Assembly (NCBI GenBank): GCA_035620735.1
Contig: DASPGH010000051.1
Location: 563 to 64,562, forward strand
Length of the DNA stretch: 64,000 nt
Direction: 5' to 3'
Source of the DNA: Acidimicrobiia bacterium
GTDB taxonomy: Bacteria; Actinomycetota; Acidimicrobiia; Spongiisociales; ZC4RG35
The notes below the pieces were generated by a model, which saw nothing but the letters and a program-made list of their open reading frames with translations, did not search any database and was not told where the DNA came from. Made by a program: the position numbers and the translations under genes. Shown here in pieces: positions 63,301-64,000 of this stretch (its first letter is position 1; every line of letters begins with the position of its first letter).

Positions 63301-64000
63301 TGGCTCTCGCCTACTTCGATGCGAATATTCCCTGCCTGGCGGCCTGCCCCGTGCACACCAACGCCGGGCTCTATGTCTCCGCGATAGCCGATGGAGATGA
63401 TCGGACTGCCTATCTCGCCGCGCGGCTTCCCAATCCGTTCCCGTCGGTGTGCGGTCGCGTCTGCGCCGCCCCATGCGAGGAGGCGTGCCGCAGGGGCCTG
63501 ATCGACCAGCCGATCGCCATCAGGGCGCTGAAGCGCTTCGTCACCGAGCAGCACGGAGTTGAAGCCGGACCCGACAACCTGTGGCACGACCTTCTGACGC
63601 CGGGCTGGACCGAGCGCAGGGAGAAGGTCGCTGTGATCGGGGGAGGCCCCACCGGGTTGTCTGCCGCTCACGATCTGAGACAGCTGGGCTACCAGGTGAC
63701 CATATACGAGGCCACCTCTCAGCTGGGGGGGATGATGGTGCTGGGCATACCCGAATATCGACTCGACCGCAGGCTGCTCGCCGCTGAGATCGATTCGATC
63801 GTCCAGATGGGGGTAGACGTGATCCACGGGATGCGTCTCGGGTCGGATCTGAGCCTCGACGAGCTCAGGACGAGCTACGACGCCGTATGTCTCGCGTTCG
63901 GAGCCACGCTGGGACGGGGTCTCGACATCGAGGGTCACGACGCCGACGGCGTCTTCAGGGCCATCGAGTTTCTCATCAACGTCAACCAGGGGTTCCGTGT
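63300..64000 (+). CDS. GltD-like NAD(P)H-dependent Fe-S flavoprotein oxidoreductase (5' partial, runs off window)
   Basis: My own translation gives MALAYFDANIPCLAACPVHTN ... NPFPSVCGRVCAAPCEEACRRG ... VAVIGGGPTGLSAAHDL ... IYEATSQLGGMM. This is the glutamate-synthase small-subunit family N-terminus. It is absent from the ORF track because it has no stop in the window. Confidence 0.8.
   Translation, partial: MALAYFDANIPCLAACPVHTNAGLYVSAIADGDDRTAYLAARLPNPFPSVCGRVCAAPCEEACRRGLIDQPIAIRALKRFVTEQHGVEAGPDNLWHDLLTPGWTERREKVAVIGGGPTGLSAAHDLRQLGYQVTIYEATSQLGGMMVLGIPEYRLDRRLLAAEIDSIVQMGVDVIHGMRLGSDLSLDELRTSYDAVCLAFGATLGRGLDIEGHDADGVFRAIEFLINVNQGFR

Overview
High-GC (roughly two-thirds G+C by eye) chromosomal segment with actinobacterial gene content and organisation; an Acidimicrobiia-like origin is only an inference. 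It is densely coded, and many neighbouring genes have 1-8 nt start/stop overlaps. The housekeeping core is mce, thiolase, glpX, dnaX-ybaB-recR, dgt, fabH and an AidB-like acyl-CoA dehydrogenase. Transporters are numerous: TRAP dctQM plus convergent dctP, two ABC-2 type exporters, a Na/Pi cotransporter with PhoU, an MFS with an ArsR-type regulator, phnDCE, and a Dpp/Opp-type peptide ABC system with a fused permease-ATPase. There are also peptidases (S9, M16, DmpA), a NarL-type two-component pair and a 1070-aa STAND-TPR-SARP regulator. Three clusters are the most interesting. (1) A SipW-type signal peptidase operon has two cargo proteins sharing the segment AASAASLGGI (22394-24133). (2) A tightly coupled ferredoxin / three small exported proteins / ApbE / ferric-reductase-like membrane protein operon has no recognisable flavinylation target (33985-36855). 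(3) An EB_dh/DOMON-like lipoprotein, a small membrane protein and a GltD-like oxidoreductase form a module cut by the window end (62093-64000). The window also carries an unusual amount of gene debris: a STAS pseudogene with an in-frame TAG, a SigJ-like C-terminal fragment, an ABC-F Walker-A fragment, a multiply frameshifted alpha/beta-hydrolase and a tRNA 3'-end fragment with T-arm-like repeats. A two-copy REP-like palindrome family is also present. No rRNA, intact tRNA, CRISPR array, transposase or integrase gene was seen. Functional calls rest on motifs I recognise in the translations; no database search was possible.
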